Part shown: positions 10,192 to 21,300 of the stretch, piece by piece
Layout: each line of letters starts with the position of its first letter
Numbering within the stretch: the stretch's first letter is position 1
Source of the DNA: Promethearchaeota archaeon
GTDB lineage: Archaea > Asgardarchaeota > Lokiarchaeia > Sigyniarchaeales > SOKP01
Direction: 5' to 3'
DNA: 64,000 nucleotides
Assembly: GCA_008080735.1 (NCBI GenBank)
Contig: SHMW01000001.1
Coordinates: 1-64,000 of the forward strand
The notes under the pieces: generated by a model
What the model saw: only the letters and a program-made list of their open reading frames with translations
The model's database searches: none
What the model was told of the DNA's origin: nothing
Position numbers and translations under genes: made by a program

Positions 10192-11217
10192 TTAAACATC
10201 AACGACCCATCCAAATTCATCTTCAATTTCTTTTCTCTGGATGCCGGTTAATAGATCATAGAGTTTTACGGTTATCTCTCCAGGCTCCCCGTCATTAAAA
10301 ACACGTTTCTCTTCATTTAGCGTAACAGAACCGATAGGAGTAATTACTGCGGCAGTGCCAGTACAAAATGCTTCGGAACAACTTTTGTTAAATAATTCTT
10401 TGTAAGAGATGTCTCGCTCTTCAGTTTCCATCCCAAGCTTTTCTTCAGCTATTTTTAGCACAGATTTTCTGGTAATTCCCGGCAAAATTGTTCCCTTTAA
10501 TTGAGGTGTGGCTAATTTGCCTTCAATTACCGCAAAAAAGTTGGCCGTACCTACTTCGTCAATATATTCCAACTCTGATGCGTCCAAATAGATTATCTGC
10601 GCATATCCCTTTGCTTTAGTCTCTTTGGCGGGTTTCATAGTTGGGGCATAATTACAACATGTCTTAGCAAATCCCGAGCCACCTGGGGCTGCTCTCGTAT
10701 ACTCTCTGGAGATCTCTAAGTCAATCGCATTGAATCCCTCGGGAAAATAGGGACCTACAGGAACAGTAAAAATTATTAATTTATACTCGTCAGCGGGCGC
10801 AACTCCTAACACGGGTCCATTTGCTACCATGACGGGGCGAATATATAACGCACCACCGCTATCATACGGAGGAATATATTCTTTATTTGTTTTTACCACG
10901 TTTTTAACTGCGTTTAGGAACTCATCCTCATCATAGGTCGGCATAAGCATACGCTTTGCACTTTCATTAAATCTCTTCGCATTTTCTACTGGTCTAAATA
11001 GTACTAAATCTCCATTTTTCGCTTCTAACGCTTTCATCCCTTCAAAAATACCTTGACCGTAATTTAATACTCCCGCACCGGGAGAGATTTCAAACGGACC
11101 AAAAGGCTCCATCTTTCCTTTGCTCCAAGAACCGTTCTTATAATCCGCTACATACATCTCTTTAGTCTCTATAAAATTAAATCCAAGATTGTAAAAGTCA
11201 ATTTTTCCAGGATCCAT
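10192..11217 (-). CDS. ilvE: Branched-chain amino acid aminotransferase
   Basis: LNYGQGIFEGMKA, LYIRP, AKTCCNYA, ILPGITRKS, GTAAVITP. Confidence 0.92.
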   Translation of the reverse strand: MDPGKIDFYNLGFNFIETKEMYVADYKNGSWSKGKMEPFGPFEISPGAGVLNYGQGIFEGMKALEAKNGDLVLFRPVENAKRFNESAKRMLMPTYDEDEFLNAVKNVVKTNKEYIPPYDSGGALYIRPVMVANGPVLGVAPADEYKLIIFTVPVGPYFPEGFNAIDLEISREYTRAAPGGSGFAKTCCNYAPTMKPAKETKAKGYAQIIYLDASELEYIDEVGTANFFAVIEGKLATPQLKGTILPGITRKSVLKIAEEKLGMETEERDISYKELFNKSCSEAFCTGTAAVITPIGSVTLNEEKRVFNDGEPGEITVKLYDLLTGIQRKEIEDEFGWVVDV

Positions 11218-11422
11218 TTTTCATCATATCTCTGTTTGTGTTATGTGTTAGAAATAGTATATGATGCTTTAGTTAAAAAATCTTTTTTACCGGAATTTCA
11301 AGTGGAGTGAACACGCTTTAAATTGAACAAAACTCACGGGGCAATAAAAAAATCACAAAATTAAAATTTTATATTTCGTTTTACTAATTAAGACCTTGTA
11401 TCATCATGTGCGTAGCAAATAA

Positions 11423-11509
11423 GCCAGAGTCGCTTAGCGGCTGAGCGTCAGCCTGCAGAACTGCTCTCGCAGAAAGTTGATGACGGGGGTTCGAATCCCT
11501 CCTCTGGCT
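11423..11509 (+). tRNA. tRNA-Cys(GCA) with 16-nt intron at 37/38 (11459-11474)
   Basis: Acceptor GCCAGAG/CTCTGGC, U73, T-loop TTCGAAT. CTGC pairs with intron GCAG, followed by an AA|A bulge. Confidence 0.93.
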
Positions 11510-11579
11510 TCAATCCTTTACTTCTCACTGATATCAGAATTGAAAAATTATTACTATTGAAAAAGATAGTTGAATTCAC

Positions 11580-12920
11580 TTATTTTTGCTTTTCCCACTT
11601 CTTCAGATACATTACTTCTGAAAGAGTAGAGCCCCGTTTTATCTCTTCGCGAAACCTATTTTCTTTTTCTAAAACATCGATCGCCCTATTCGCCATCTCT
11701 TGTGCTCTAGCTTTCGGAATAACCACCACTCCAGAATCATCTCCCACGATCCAGTCTCCGGGATCTACCTGCATCCCTGCGCATTCAATACTCACATTAA
11801 TCTCTCCTAACCCTCTGGGTTCTCCCGCTGTGGGCGTGAAATGTCTTGCAAACAATGGAAATTTCATCTTTCGAATGTCGTCAATATCCCTAGCGGCACC
11901 ATCTATAACCACGCCCGCAATTCCTTTGACTTTACTACTCCAAGACGCTAACTCACCCCAGACTGCATCTTTTCCCTCACATGCATCTATCACAATCACA
12001 TCTCCTTTATTTGCTTCTTCTATTGCCTCTACTGGTTTGCTCCAGTCTCCGTTATATGCACGTACAGTCACTGCGGGTCCAGCAAACTTCAGTGGGTGAT
12101 CCTCCGTCCCTATCCATACGGGTTTTAGACCTTGCATTTCGCCCGAACGATGCATTGCATCAGAAATGTTTGGACATGAAACCTTCATCAACGCATCGCG
12201 AATGTGGGCTTCATCGTATTTTTTATAGAGATCAGTATTAACGGGTTGGGCAGAGATGATCGCTTGCTTAATCTTTTGGGCCGTTTCCTTAGGTTGTTCC
12301 GATTTATACAAGGCACCACCTACGATGATAACATCTACCCCGAGTTCTTTTGCTTTGGCAGCCGTCTCGCTGTTGATCCCTCCCGCAATTGCTAACCATG
12401 TGGTTGGTTTAAGCTTTTTCTTCAACTTGCGTGCCACCTCAAGGGTTTTTTCTCCCCCGTAAATTGTCTGTTGATCAATTCCAACATGAGATACTATCAT
12501 ATCCGCCCCCATCTCCTCTAATTCTAAGGCCCGTTCTATTAACCGCTCTGGGGGGATATCTATGGTATCGCAGCCCAACTGTACACCATATTTTCGAGCT
12601 GCTTCTATTGCTTCTGTCACTGACGCATCATCGCTCCCCCCCAACATTAATACCACATCAGCACCAGATTTCGCAGCGATTTCAATCTCTATGGAACCTC
12701 CGTCAACTGTTTTCATATCTGCTACGATAGTGCTTTTCGGGAATTTTTTATGAAGTGCTCGAATTGCATTCATCCCTTCGGATTTTATCAGTGGAGTCCC
12801 CGCCTCTATCCATTCCACCCCGCCCTCAACCGCCTCTTCAGCGATTTGTAATGCGCGATGGAGATTGATTACATCCAAGGCGATCTGCAAATAAGGCTCA
12901 TCTTCTCGTTTTCTGATCAC
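11580..12920 (-). CDS. 3-hexulose-6-phosphate synthase fused to RraA/HMG-aldolase-like domain
   Basis: LQIALD, IEAGTPLIKSEG, ADMKTVDGG, AGGIN. C-terminal AVWGELAS, VIDGAARD, GDDSGVVVIP. Confidence 0.9.
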   Translation of the reverse strand: MIRKREDEPYLQIALDVINLHRALQIAEEAVEGGVEWIEAGTPLIKSEGMNAIRALHKKFPKSTIVADMKTVDGGSIEIEIAAKSGADVVLMLGGSDDASVTEAIEAARKYGVQLGCDTIDIPPERLIERALELEEMGADMIVSHVGIDQQTIYGGEKTLEVARKLKKKLKPTTWLAIAGGINSETAAKAKELGVDVIIVGGALYKSEQPKETAQKIKQAIISAQPVNTDLYKKYDEAHIRDALMKVSCPNISDAMHRSGEMQGLKPVWIGTEDHPLKFAGPAVTVRAYNGDWSKPVEAIEEANKGDVIVIDACEGKDAVWGELASWSSKVKGIAGVVIDGAARDIDDIRKMKFPLFARHFTPTAGEPRGLGEINVSIECAGMQVDPGDWIVGDDSGVVVIPKARAQEMANRAIDVLEKENRFREEIKRGSTLSEVMYLKKWEKQK

Positions 12921-13254
12921 TTTCCATAACCTATTTGATTTGAATATTTACAGTGCTTTATATCCGTGAGACATAATGTAGGATGGAAAATAAAATTATG
13001 TAAGAATTCCTCACGTATGAGTGGTTATTTCACTTTCGCAAATTTTTAATACAAGGATTCTCATACTTTTGGTAGATGCTATTTTCGTTCTATTTTCTTT
13101 TTTTCTTGAATGACATAAAGAAACTAGACCAGTATTTATCTGAATAAAATTATAAATCTTAATAATGTTATATTATACATAAAATGATTACGAAGAGATA
13201 TTTTCGAAAAATAAAATTTATTCAAAAAAAATTAAACAGAAAGGTTGATTGCTA

Positions 13255-14979
13255 ATGGGAGAAGATTATGACTATTTATTCAAATGTATCGTTGTTGGAG
13301 ACGGCGGAGTAGGAAAGACCGCGCTAACGCTGCGATTTAGCAAGGGTTTCTTTACAGAGGATTATAAGATGACGATAGGAGTAGAGTAAGGGAGAGATAC
13401 TGCCTTACGCACAAACTTCCACGTCAAAACTATATCTTTAGACTCTGTTGAGGGCCCAATTAGAGCAAAGCTTCAAATCTGGGATACGGGAGGTCAAGAG
13501 CGTTTTAGTTCAATTCGACCAATGTATTATCGGGGTGCATTAGGCGCGCTCCTCATATTTGATTTAACCTCAATCTCTAGTTTTGAGCATCTACCGCAAT
13601 GGATTGAGGAGGTTCGAGCAAATGTACAGACCGAAATTCCCTTGCTCTTGGTAGGAAACAAAAATGATTTAATTGACCAGAGAGCTATTTCATTGGAGGA
13701 GGTGAATGATTTTACAAGAGATTTTAATTTGTATTATATGGAAACATCAGCAAAGACGGGAGATAATGTAGGTGATTGCTTTAGTGTTTTAGCTAGCCTT
13801 ATGATTCCTGGAAAAGGTGTTCCAGATAAATTGGTTGGGGATGCGATCTACCCTCCTGGACAGATTCCCGTCACTCCGCAAGAAGATACATTAATTCCCC
13901 CAGAAGAGGCAGACCAAACCCAGTATCAAGAGCCCGTCCAACCAGAAGAAGCAACATCCCCCGAGCCAGAGCCAGAATTTGTTCCAGAACCGACACCAGA
14001 ATACGCAGAACCTCCAGAGCCAGAACCGCTTCCCGAAGTCGAACCCGTATCCGAACCACAATATCAGCCCGCTCAAGAACAATATTCCCAATCAGAGGCC
14101 GCTCAACCACAATACCAATCAGAATCAGAACCCAAATCCCAATCACAACAACCAGAGCGGTCGCAACCATCGGAACCGGTATTTTTTGAGCCAGAGATGC
14201 AAGAAGCTGGACCCGATATTCCAGTGCCAGAGCCAGAAGCTCCACAACCAGCCCAGCCAAGTGGTGATTTTGAATTTAAAACACCCGATCAAATAATGGC
14301 AGAAGATCAAAACTTGCAGCAACAAGCCGAGGAAATGTCCGATCTACCTGAGATGCCAACATCATCAGCCACAGAATCATATAAGCCTAAAAGTGTTCCC
14401 TTTTCTTCTGGTGCACCGCAACCTACTGAACCTCCCGAGGAGTTTTCAGCGCCGCAAGAACCTGTTCAACCAACTCAATCAGTGCCGCAACCGCCTCAAC
14501 AAGAGCACCAACCAAAAGGCACAGAATCATTATTTAGTTATATGCCAGAGCCAGAACCAGAACCTGAATCAAAGAAAGGATTTGGGCTTTTCTCACGCAA
14601 GAAGAAAAAAGAAAAAGAAGCCATACCCGAGGAAGAGCCTGAAGAACAAGAACCGAGAGCACCCTCGTTATTCGATACACTTTCGGGCAGGGCGGCAGGC
14701 CAAGGAGCTGGAGGAAGACAAGCTGCTTTCGTACCATTCTCCGCACCGGGGGAAGATTCCCAATCACAAAAACAAAAAGAGGAACGGTCTAACTTACGAA
14801 TAATCCCGAATGCAGAAACTATCGAAGAGGAAACAAACGATTTTGTAGAAATCCCCGCAACAGAATCACAAAATCAACAACAATCTCCAACTGCACCGAC
14901 GATGGTTACTTGTCCGAGCTGTGGGGCACGGTTATCCTCAGAATACGCCTTTTGTAATAAATGTGGTTCTAAACTATAG
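13255..14979 (+). CDS. Rab-like small GTPase + P/E/Q-rich disordered linker + C-terminal Zn ribbon; spliced CDS join(13255-13384,13415-14979), 564 aa
   Basis: MGEDYDYLFKCIVVGDGGVGKT...TIGV[D]FHVK...KLQIWDTGGQERFSSIRPMYYRGA...LIFDLT...GNKND...ETSAK. The ORF track starts only at 13522 because of the in-frame TAA at 13387. Confidence 0.88.
13385..13414 (+). other. Putative bulge-helix-bulge mRNA intron (30 nt)
   Basis: AGTAAGGGAGAGATACTGCCTTACGCACAA. Intron stem GTAAGG/CCTTAC, 3-nt bulges AGA and AAA around GAGT/GCAC. Excision gives GTA GAC TTC (V-D-F). Confidence 0.8.
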
Positions 14980-15117
14980 GATCTCTGTTTTTTTAACTTT
15001 TATAATTCTCATCGAATTATTGGGGTATATCCCTTTCCTTATTTTCTAAATGTTAAATAATCCTGGAAAATTAGATCTAAAAAGAATTTTAGAGAAGAAA
15101 TGCAAAGATGTAGAAAT

Positions 15118-15882
15118 CTAAAATTTATGACCGCAAATTGGGCATACAGACCAGAGCGACTTGATCTGTGAATTACAATCAGGGCATACCTTAAGATCGG
15201 TTTCTTTTTCCGTCTGAGGTTCTCCGAAAATAGTGAAACTCGGACTTTTTTGGGATGTGTTTTGAGAATTTTCTAAATACTCAGTTGCCCCTTTGCTAAA
15301 ATCTACGGGGGGCGTTTGATCGTGTTCAAGACTCCCAGAAGTGTCAGGTTGGAAATATTCTTTCGGTGAGGAAGGTGTGGATGTTATACTTTCTTGAGCA
15401 GGCTCTGAAGACGGGATTTTCTGTTCCTTTGATGGCGGTTCTGCTTTTTCCCTATCCACGCTTCCTACTTGATAAATAAAATATCTTCCTTCATTATTTT
15501 CAATAATCTTTTCATTATCAATTAATTCTACCTCAATATAGTAGATAATTCGTGCTCCTTCGGGAACTTCCATGATTTCTGCGACATAATAATCAGACTT
15601 AAACTCCATTCTCATTTTGTACCATGATTGTCCTTGATCCCCACTAAAGACGAGATTGACGTGCTTGATGGGTTTATCAAAATCCTCTTCGGTCATTTTA
15701 GCAACAATCTTCACATTTTTCTTGATAGAAGATTCATCTGTCCCTACAGCCTCATCCCATGATGCTCCACACTTCGGGCAACTAACAAACCAATTAGGAT
15801 ATTCATATCCGCAACTTGAACACTTTTTAGTGAAATAACGACTTGTCTTGATCCCAAGTTTCGATTTATTTTTTTTGCCCAT
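15118..15882 (-). CDS. Zn-ribbon protein (N- and C-terminal CxxC pairs, central beta-rich domain)
   Basis: CSSCG...CPKCG and CPDCN...CPICG. Confidence 0.75.
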   Translation of the reverse strand: MGKKNKSKLGIKTSRYFTKKCSSCGYEYPNWFVSCPKCGASWDEAVGTDESSIKKNVKIVAKMTEEDFDKPIKHVNLVFSGDQGQSWYKMRMEFKSDYYVAEIMEVPEGARIIYYIEVELIDNEKIIENNEGRYFIYQVGSVDREKAEPPSKEQKIPSSEPAQESITSTPSSPKEYFQPDTSGSLEHDQTPPVDFSKGATEYLENSQNTSQKSPSFTIFGEPQTEKETDLKVCPDCNSQIKSLWSVCPICGHKF

Positions 15883-16048
15883 TCTCTATCGAATTAATCA
15901 ATAATTATAAATATTAAATGGTTTTTTACCGTATAAATATTTTTATGAGATATAATATCCAACCAAGTCTTCATTCATCAAGAAAACATCGAGATTAATA
16001 AAATTATCTTCATTATGTATACTACCCAAAAATGGATGGCTCCCTTAT

Positions 16049-16651
16049 ATGAAGATTAAAAAAGAACATGTGACTTCTCTCTTAGAAGCTATAGAGTATA
16101 TAGTAGATATTAAGATGATCATAAGGCAGATTACGCCGCATTATGAAATTAACGATCTTATGAAAGATAAATATATTTCTTCATTACAAAAACTCCATAA
16201 TAGGCTCAATCCTATCTTTTCTAGGTATTTACCCGAAGAACCCTTGAAGGGGGAAAAATTTCTGGAAAAAAGCCGACAGCGAATTCTAAATGCTTTAGCT
16301 AAAGATGATCGTTTTTTACTCTCATCAAACTCTGCAAAAAAAGTATTGAAGGATTTAGGGGCGGACCCACGCAATATTATAGTATCGGGAGGACCCTTCT
16401 TCTTGGAAGATTATCAAAAAGTAAATCCCAATATTCCAGATCATGCTTTAGCTGGCATACAAAAGAAATGCGAGCGATTAAAAGAAGAATTGTCGGAAGA
16501 AACATGGAGTGATAAGGATCTCTATTTTATTTATGAACAAAATGATATTGCAGACCAACTTACCTTAGAAAAAATAGACCGCATTTCGAAACTTATTGGA
16601 AGGGATGTAAAAACCATCGATATTAAATCATGGGATGAGTTAGTAGAATAG
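16049..16651 (+). CDS. Conserved archaeal protein (DUF2100-like)
   Basis: KKVLKDLGADPRNIIVSGGPFFLEDYQKVNPNIP. Confidence 0.65.
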   Translation: MKIKKEHVTSLLEAIEYIVDIKMIIRQITPHYEINDLMKDKYISSLQKLHNRLNPIFSRYLPEEPLKGEKFLEKSRQRILNALAKDDRFLLSSNSAKKVLKDLGADPRNIIVSGGPFFLEDYQKVNPNIPDHALAGIQKKCERLKEELSEETWSDKDLYFIYEQNDIADQLTLEKIDRISKLIGRDVKTIDIKSWDELVE

Positions 16652-16662
16652 AAAAGACCACA

Positions 16663-17841
16663 TCAAACAAGTTTAAGCTTTTTACAGACTTTTTTTAAGT
16701 CCTTAATAAAACGTGATATGTGAGCTTCTGTCACATGAGGCATGACTACTACCCTTACCAAATTAAATTCTGTAAATTTGCCTAGCATCCATTCGGATTT
16801 TCTTAACTCTTCATCTAATTCGCAGATGCTTTGTCCATTTTCTGTGGTGATTCCCACAACATTCATCGTAGGTTCTGCCGCCAGCTTCACTCCGTCTATA
16901 TTCCGAACGTTTGCGGCTAAAAACTCGGTATTTTTCATGCATTTTTTCACGACTTTGCTAAATCCTTGATTACCGAGATATTGCATAAGTGCCCAAAAGG
17001 CGATCACGGTTCCACCAGGACGCGTACCGACGATATGAAGATGTTTAAAATTACCACCCGCTAAGTAAGGAATTTCGAATCCTGTTTTTTGAATAATTGC
17101 TTCGTTTCTAAGAAAATATCCTCCAGAAGGAATGATTCCCATCCCCATTTTATGGGGATCCGCGGTAATTGAGTCGACCTCCTCTACTGAAAAATCCCAT
17201 TTTCGGACTTGCTTTCCTAACTTATCCAAAAAAGGAAGGACAAACCCTCCGAACGCAGCATCTACGTGAAAAAAAATATCTTTACCCTTGATAAGTTTTC
17301 CGATCTCTTCTATTGGATCAACTAATCCAAGAGAGGTTGTCCCAGCCACTCCCACCACTCCGCAGGTGTTTTCATTGAGAAGTGATTCGAAATGATTCAA
17401 ATCGAGTTCAAAGTCATCATTTAGTTTTGCTTTTCTAAGTTTAATATCTAATAAATCAGCTGCCTTATCAAAAGACATATGAGCAGAAACAGGAAGAACC
17501 ACCTCCGGATCTTTAATATCTGGTCGTAATTTCTTTGCAATTCTCATTGCGATTAAATTGGCTTCGGACCCACCCGTGGTAAATGACCCAAGAATATCTA
17601 TCCCATTAAATAATTCCCCAATTTCCGCAACCACCTCATCTTCTAATTTTTGAGTACCGGGAAAAAGACCTGGATCCCCTAAATTTTTACTCACATATTT
17701 GCAATAGATTGATTTTGCAAATTTATGTGCATCAGTACACATTGAGCCGAGGATAAATCCAGAATCATAACTATAATCTGGAGATAATTTTTCCTCTAAG
17801 ATCCTCCTAATTTCTTGTTTATTCAGTCCTTCATCTAACAT
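16663..17841 (-). CDS. mfnA: L-tyrosine/L-aspartate decarboxylase (PLP group II)
   Basis: ILGSMCT, NLGDPGLFPGT, GGSEAN, HVDAAFGG, DPHKMG, GTRPG. Confidence 0.9.
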   Translation of the reverse strand: MLDEGLNKQEIRRILEEKLSPDYSYDSGFILGSMCTDAHKFAKSIYCKYVSKNLGDPGLFPGTQKLEDEVVAEIGELFNGIDILGSFTTGGSEANLIAMRIAKKLRPDIKDPEVVLPVSAHMSFDKAADLLDIKLRKAKLNDDFELDLNHFESLLNENTCGVVGVAGTTSLGLVDPIEEIGKLIKGKDIFFHVDAAFGGFVLPFLDKLGKQVRKWDFSVEEVDSITADPHKMGMGIIPSGGYFLRNEAIIQKTGFEIPYLAGGNFKHLHIVGTRPGGTVIAFWALMQYLGNQGFSKVVKKCMKNTEFLAANVRNIDGVKLAAEPTMNVVGITTENGQSICELDEELRKSEWMLGKFTEFNLVRVVVMPHVTEAHISRFIKDLKKVCKKLKLV

Positions 17842-17996
17842 TTCTGAAATTAAAAATTAATGATACTTAATATCATTTTGTTTAGCGAAATCCTAAATAA
17901 AATGATCAAAAAACACATTTTATATCAATTTATTGTAACTATTTCACCATATCTCAAAAAGGGATGGATATCTTTTTGAGTTTTTCGGAGGATTGC

Positions 17997-18314
17997 TCAA
18001 GTAAATCTATTGGCATCTCTATTGGAATATTTCTTTAGCACTTTCCTAAATTCCTCTTGAAGATTAATTTGATAATGATTTGCAATGCATATTAAAGCAA
18101 AAACAGTATCCGCTAATTCTTCCCCAATGGAATGGTCTGGATAGTGTTCTTTTTTGGGTTTGTATCCCTCTACATAATTTATCTCTCTTGAAAGTTCTCC
18201 TAATTCTTCTAATACGGCCGCCAACATAAATAATGGCGGCCAATACCCTCCATGACTTTTTATCCACATATCAGTTTGTTTTTGCAAATCCTCCAAGGAA
18301 TATTTATCCTTCAT
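17997..18314 (-). CDS. MazG-like NTP pyrophosphohydrolase
   Basis: EELGELSRE...EELAD. Confidence 0.88.
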   Translation of the reverse strand: MKDKYSLEDLQKQTDMWIKSHGGYWPPLFMLAAVLEELGELSREINYVEGYKPKKEHYPDHSIGEELADTVFALICIANHYQINLQEEFRKVLKKYSNRDANRFT

Positions 18315-18379
18315 ATCTTAAAATAAGAGAAACATTCTATATAATCTATTGTAAGAGAAGGATTATGAGAAAAAAATCC

Positions 18380-21300
18380 TTATATTACATTTTCCCTTTT
18401 CCGACTTTCCCATTCTGCGCGTTTTCCGTCATTATATCTATTCACTTCACTATAATATCCTGTTATCCTTGAATAAACCTTTACATCCTCTGAGTGACAT
18501 TTTGGGCACGTCCATTGCCCTCCTCTGAACATTTTTTGGCACTGCGGGCAATAGGTAAAGTCAGTGGTATAAGCAAAATACGCTGTATTTGTATTTAAAC
18601 AAATATTTTTAGTAAGTTCCCATAATCCGTTTATATCTGGTTTCTGTTCTCCCAACCAGATATGAGAAATGACTCCTCCGCCTACAATTGGATGATAATC
18701 ACCTTGTTTATGTATACGTTCATACAAAGGCATCTCCGCATCGTACCTGAAATGGCTGGAATTAGTGTAATATGCAGACTCTCCAGAAGATTGAGGGATG
18801 GCTTTCTTCGGGAAATGCTTTAAATCTAATTTAGCAAACCTTCCAGAACTGGATTCTGCTGGCTGTTCCCATAATGAATATGAAAAACCACTTCTCTCTG
18901 ACATCGTATTGCATTTAGCAACCATATAATTAAGAATTCTTTTTCCTAGCTCAAATGCATTCTCATCTTCGTGTAATTCCATATTAGTAAGACTTTGTAC
19001 TGCTTCATTTAATCCAGTAAAACCGATAGAGAGGTTCTGATCTTCGATCCTAAAGATCGACTTTCCATCTATAGTACCGCTACACAAGGGAAGATGCCTT
19101 GTTTGAAGCCTCTTTTCCATAAGATACCATTTCTTGATGAGGATTCTAGAACAAAGTTCCAACTTTTCATCTAAAATCTCAAAATATTGATCCTCATTAT
19201 CTGCCATATATGCATACCGCGGAAGATTTAAACTTACGCTCTGAAGGGAACCAATCGTTACATAATCCTCCCAAATACTTCCCTTCTTTCGCTTTTCTGG
19301 ATCTAAGATGCATTTACTAACTATTTCATCCCCTCTCAAGAATTTTCGGCAACATTGGCTATGGATCTCATCTGGCATCCAATCTGGACACATATTTAAA
19401 AAATAGGGTGTACCCATTTCAACCGCTTCCTTCATTACTTTCAAATAGGAAGGTTCAAATTCTTTTAACCATTCCTTTTTCATTTTAACTTCGTGTTTTG
19501 GAAAGCCGAACAGCTTTCCATTATGATCCCCTTCAATATAGACATCTGTGAGCGCGTCGAACAATCTTAAACATTCATCTTTATAATCTCCATATGAACC
19601 AACGATCTTTCCTTTCGGACCAATAGCTGGAATATCAGTTAATCCTTTTGGAACCGTAGGTGTACAGGAGATCGAAGTAAATGGTACTTGGCCTCCTCTT
19701 GCTGCAAATATTTGATTCGTCTCGAAAATTAAGCATTGCATACTTTGTTCAATTTCTCTCTCGCTTAATCCTTTAGCAAATGGTGCTAAAAATGTCGTAA
19801 TATAATCATAACCTTGACCCCCTGAATTATGAGCAATAATTAGCCCCTTACCAGCAATAAAATTTTCAATAAACTCTCCATTCGGAGAAACTTCAAAATC
19901 AAAAGCAAATTCTTCTTTTGGTAACTTTTTAATAGTATTTATACGTAAAACACATAGATCGCTATTAATAAACTTCTCTAATCTCTTTTTATAAGGACTA
20001 TCTTCTAATTTAGCCAATATCGAATAAAGATTGTTTCTGCCGATTCGTTCCTTTTGATTTAATATTGCCCGTTCAATATAATTCAAATTAGAAGAATTCC
20101 CATACCTTGAACGTAGTCCCAAATGATTTATAGGTAATAGTAAAGGTATTGGAGATTTTTCGCAACTCGTGTCTTCATAGTTCCATTTTAAATCACTATC
20201 TTTGAAATTATCTAAGAATAAGCTTAAATTATGCTGGCCATAAATTGAAATCCTATTTATATTCTTACCATAACTTATTGAGGGAACAATTCCCAATCTC
20301 AAAAGGAGGAAATTTAAATCTTTTATTAATTGATTACTAATTGTAGATCCAAATATTTCATTTCTAATTCGCTTTTTTTTGGGATTAGAATTTCTACAAT
20401 GTCCATCACGAAGAAAAAATCCTCTTAAAAAGCTTTTAATATATTTCTCATTCAATCCAAAAATAAAAAATGGTGCTTTTTTGTTAGATGCTTTATGTCC
20501 AATTTTGAATAAATCTTCAAAAAGAATTCTATATACTTCACTTTCTAATGATAATTGATTAACTGTACTATGAGGATTTCTATCTTTTAAATACACTTTA
20601 AATGTTGAATAAAACTTCTCTTTTACTTCCTTAATTAAACTTTTTTCATGTTTATCTAAAGTAATATTAAAATGTTTATAACATGCTGAACCTTCTGCCA
20701 CGTAAACGCCCAGAATAAATAACAATTCCTTGCTTAATTCAATAACTGCTGGAAGCTCATAAGGGCTTCTTGCCATCCCAATTTTCAAATTTTTCCATTT
20801 ACTTTCACTGATGTTTAATTTTTTAAATATTTCTAAAGGTATTGAATCATTAAAAATATGTTGGTTAGCCCATTTATCAATTTTTCTCAATTTCTTAATT
20901 TCTTCTTGGGAAAGATTTTTGATAACTGATCTAACATACCAGTTAGGATACTTCTCTGAAGATTCTAAGATTATTTTTAATATATTCAATGATTTGATCT
21001 CTTTTTTATAATTAATTTTTCTAGGAACTACAACATAATCACCAACTTTAAGTTCCTTCCCTTTAACTGGTATAATCCTTCCATCATTAAGAGTAAATAA
21101 ACTATGATGTCTAGTGACTGTAATTTCTCGCCCGTATTCAAGATTGATTTTTAAAAAAGATTCGTTGCAATTGTGTTTAAATACATTGGTTATCCTCTGC
21201 TTTTCCATTTTAAGCGTTTTAGGATTAAAAGCAAAAGTATAAATGGTTTTTAAATCATCTAAATTTTCCTCAACTACATCTCCTATTTTTCGCCAACTTA

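Noticed and set aside
11557-12753. Antisense and overlapping ORFs here and elsewhere (e.g. 26705-27013, 37273-37704, 58990-59394)
   Set aside because: They are shadow frames of well-supported genes.
13387-13389. Stop readthrough or Sec/Pyl recoding in the Rab gene
   Set aside because: The codon is TAA, and readthrough would leave 10 extra residues inside IGVDF.
13386-13415. The Rab insert can be slid by 1 nt to begin GTAAGG, like a spliceosomal donor
   Set aside because: It would end in AAA, not AG, and has no polypyrimidine tract. GTAAGG is explained by pairing with CCTTAC in the BHB stem.
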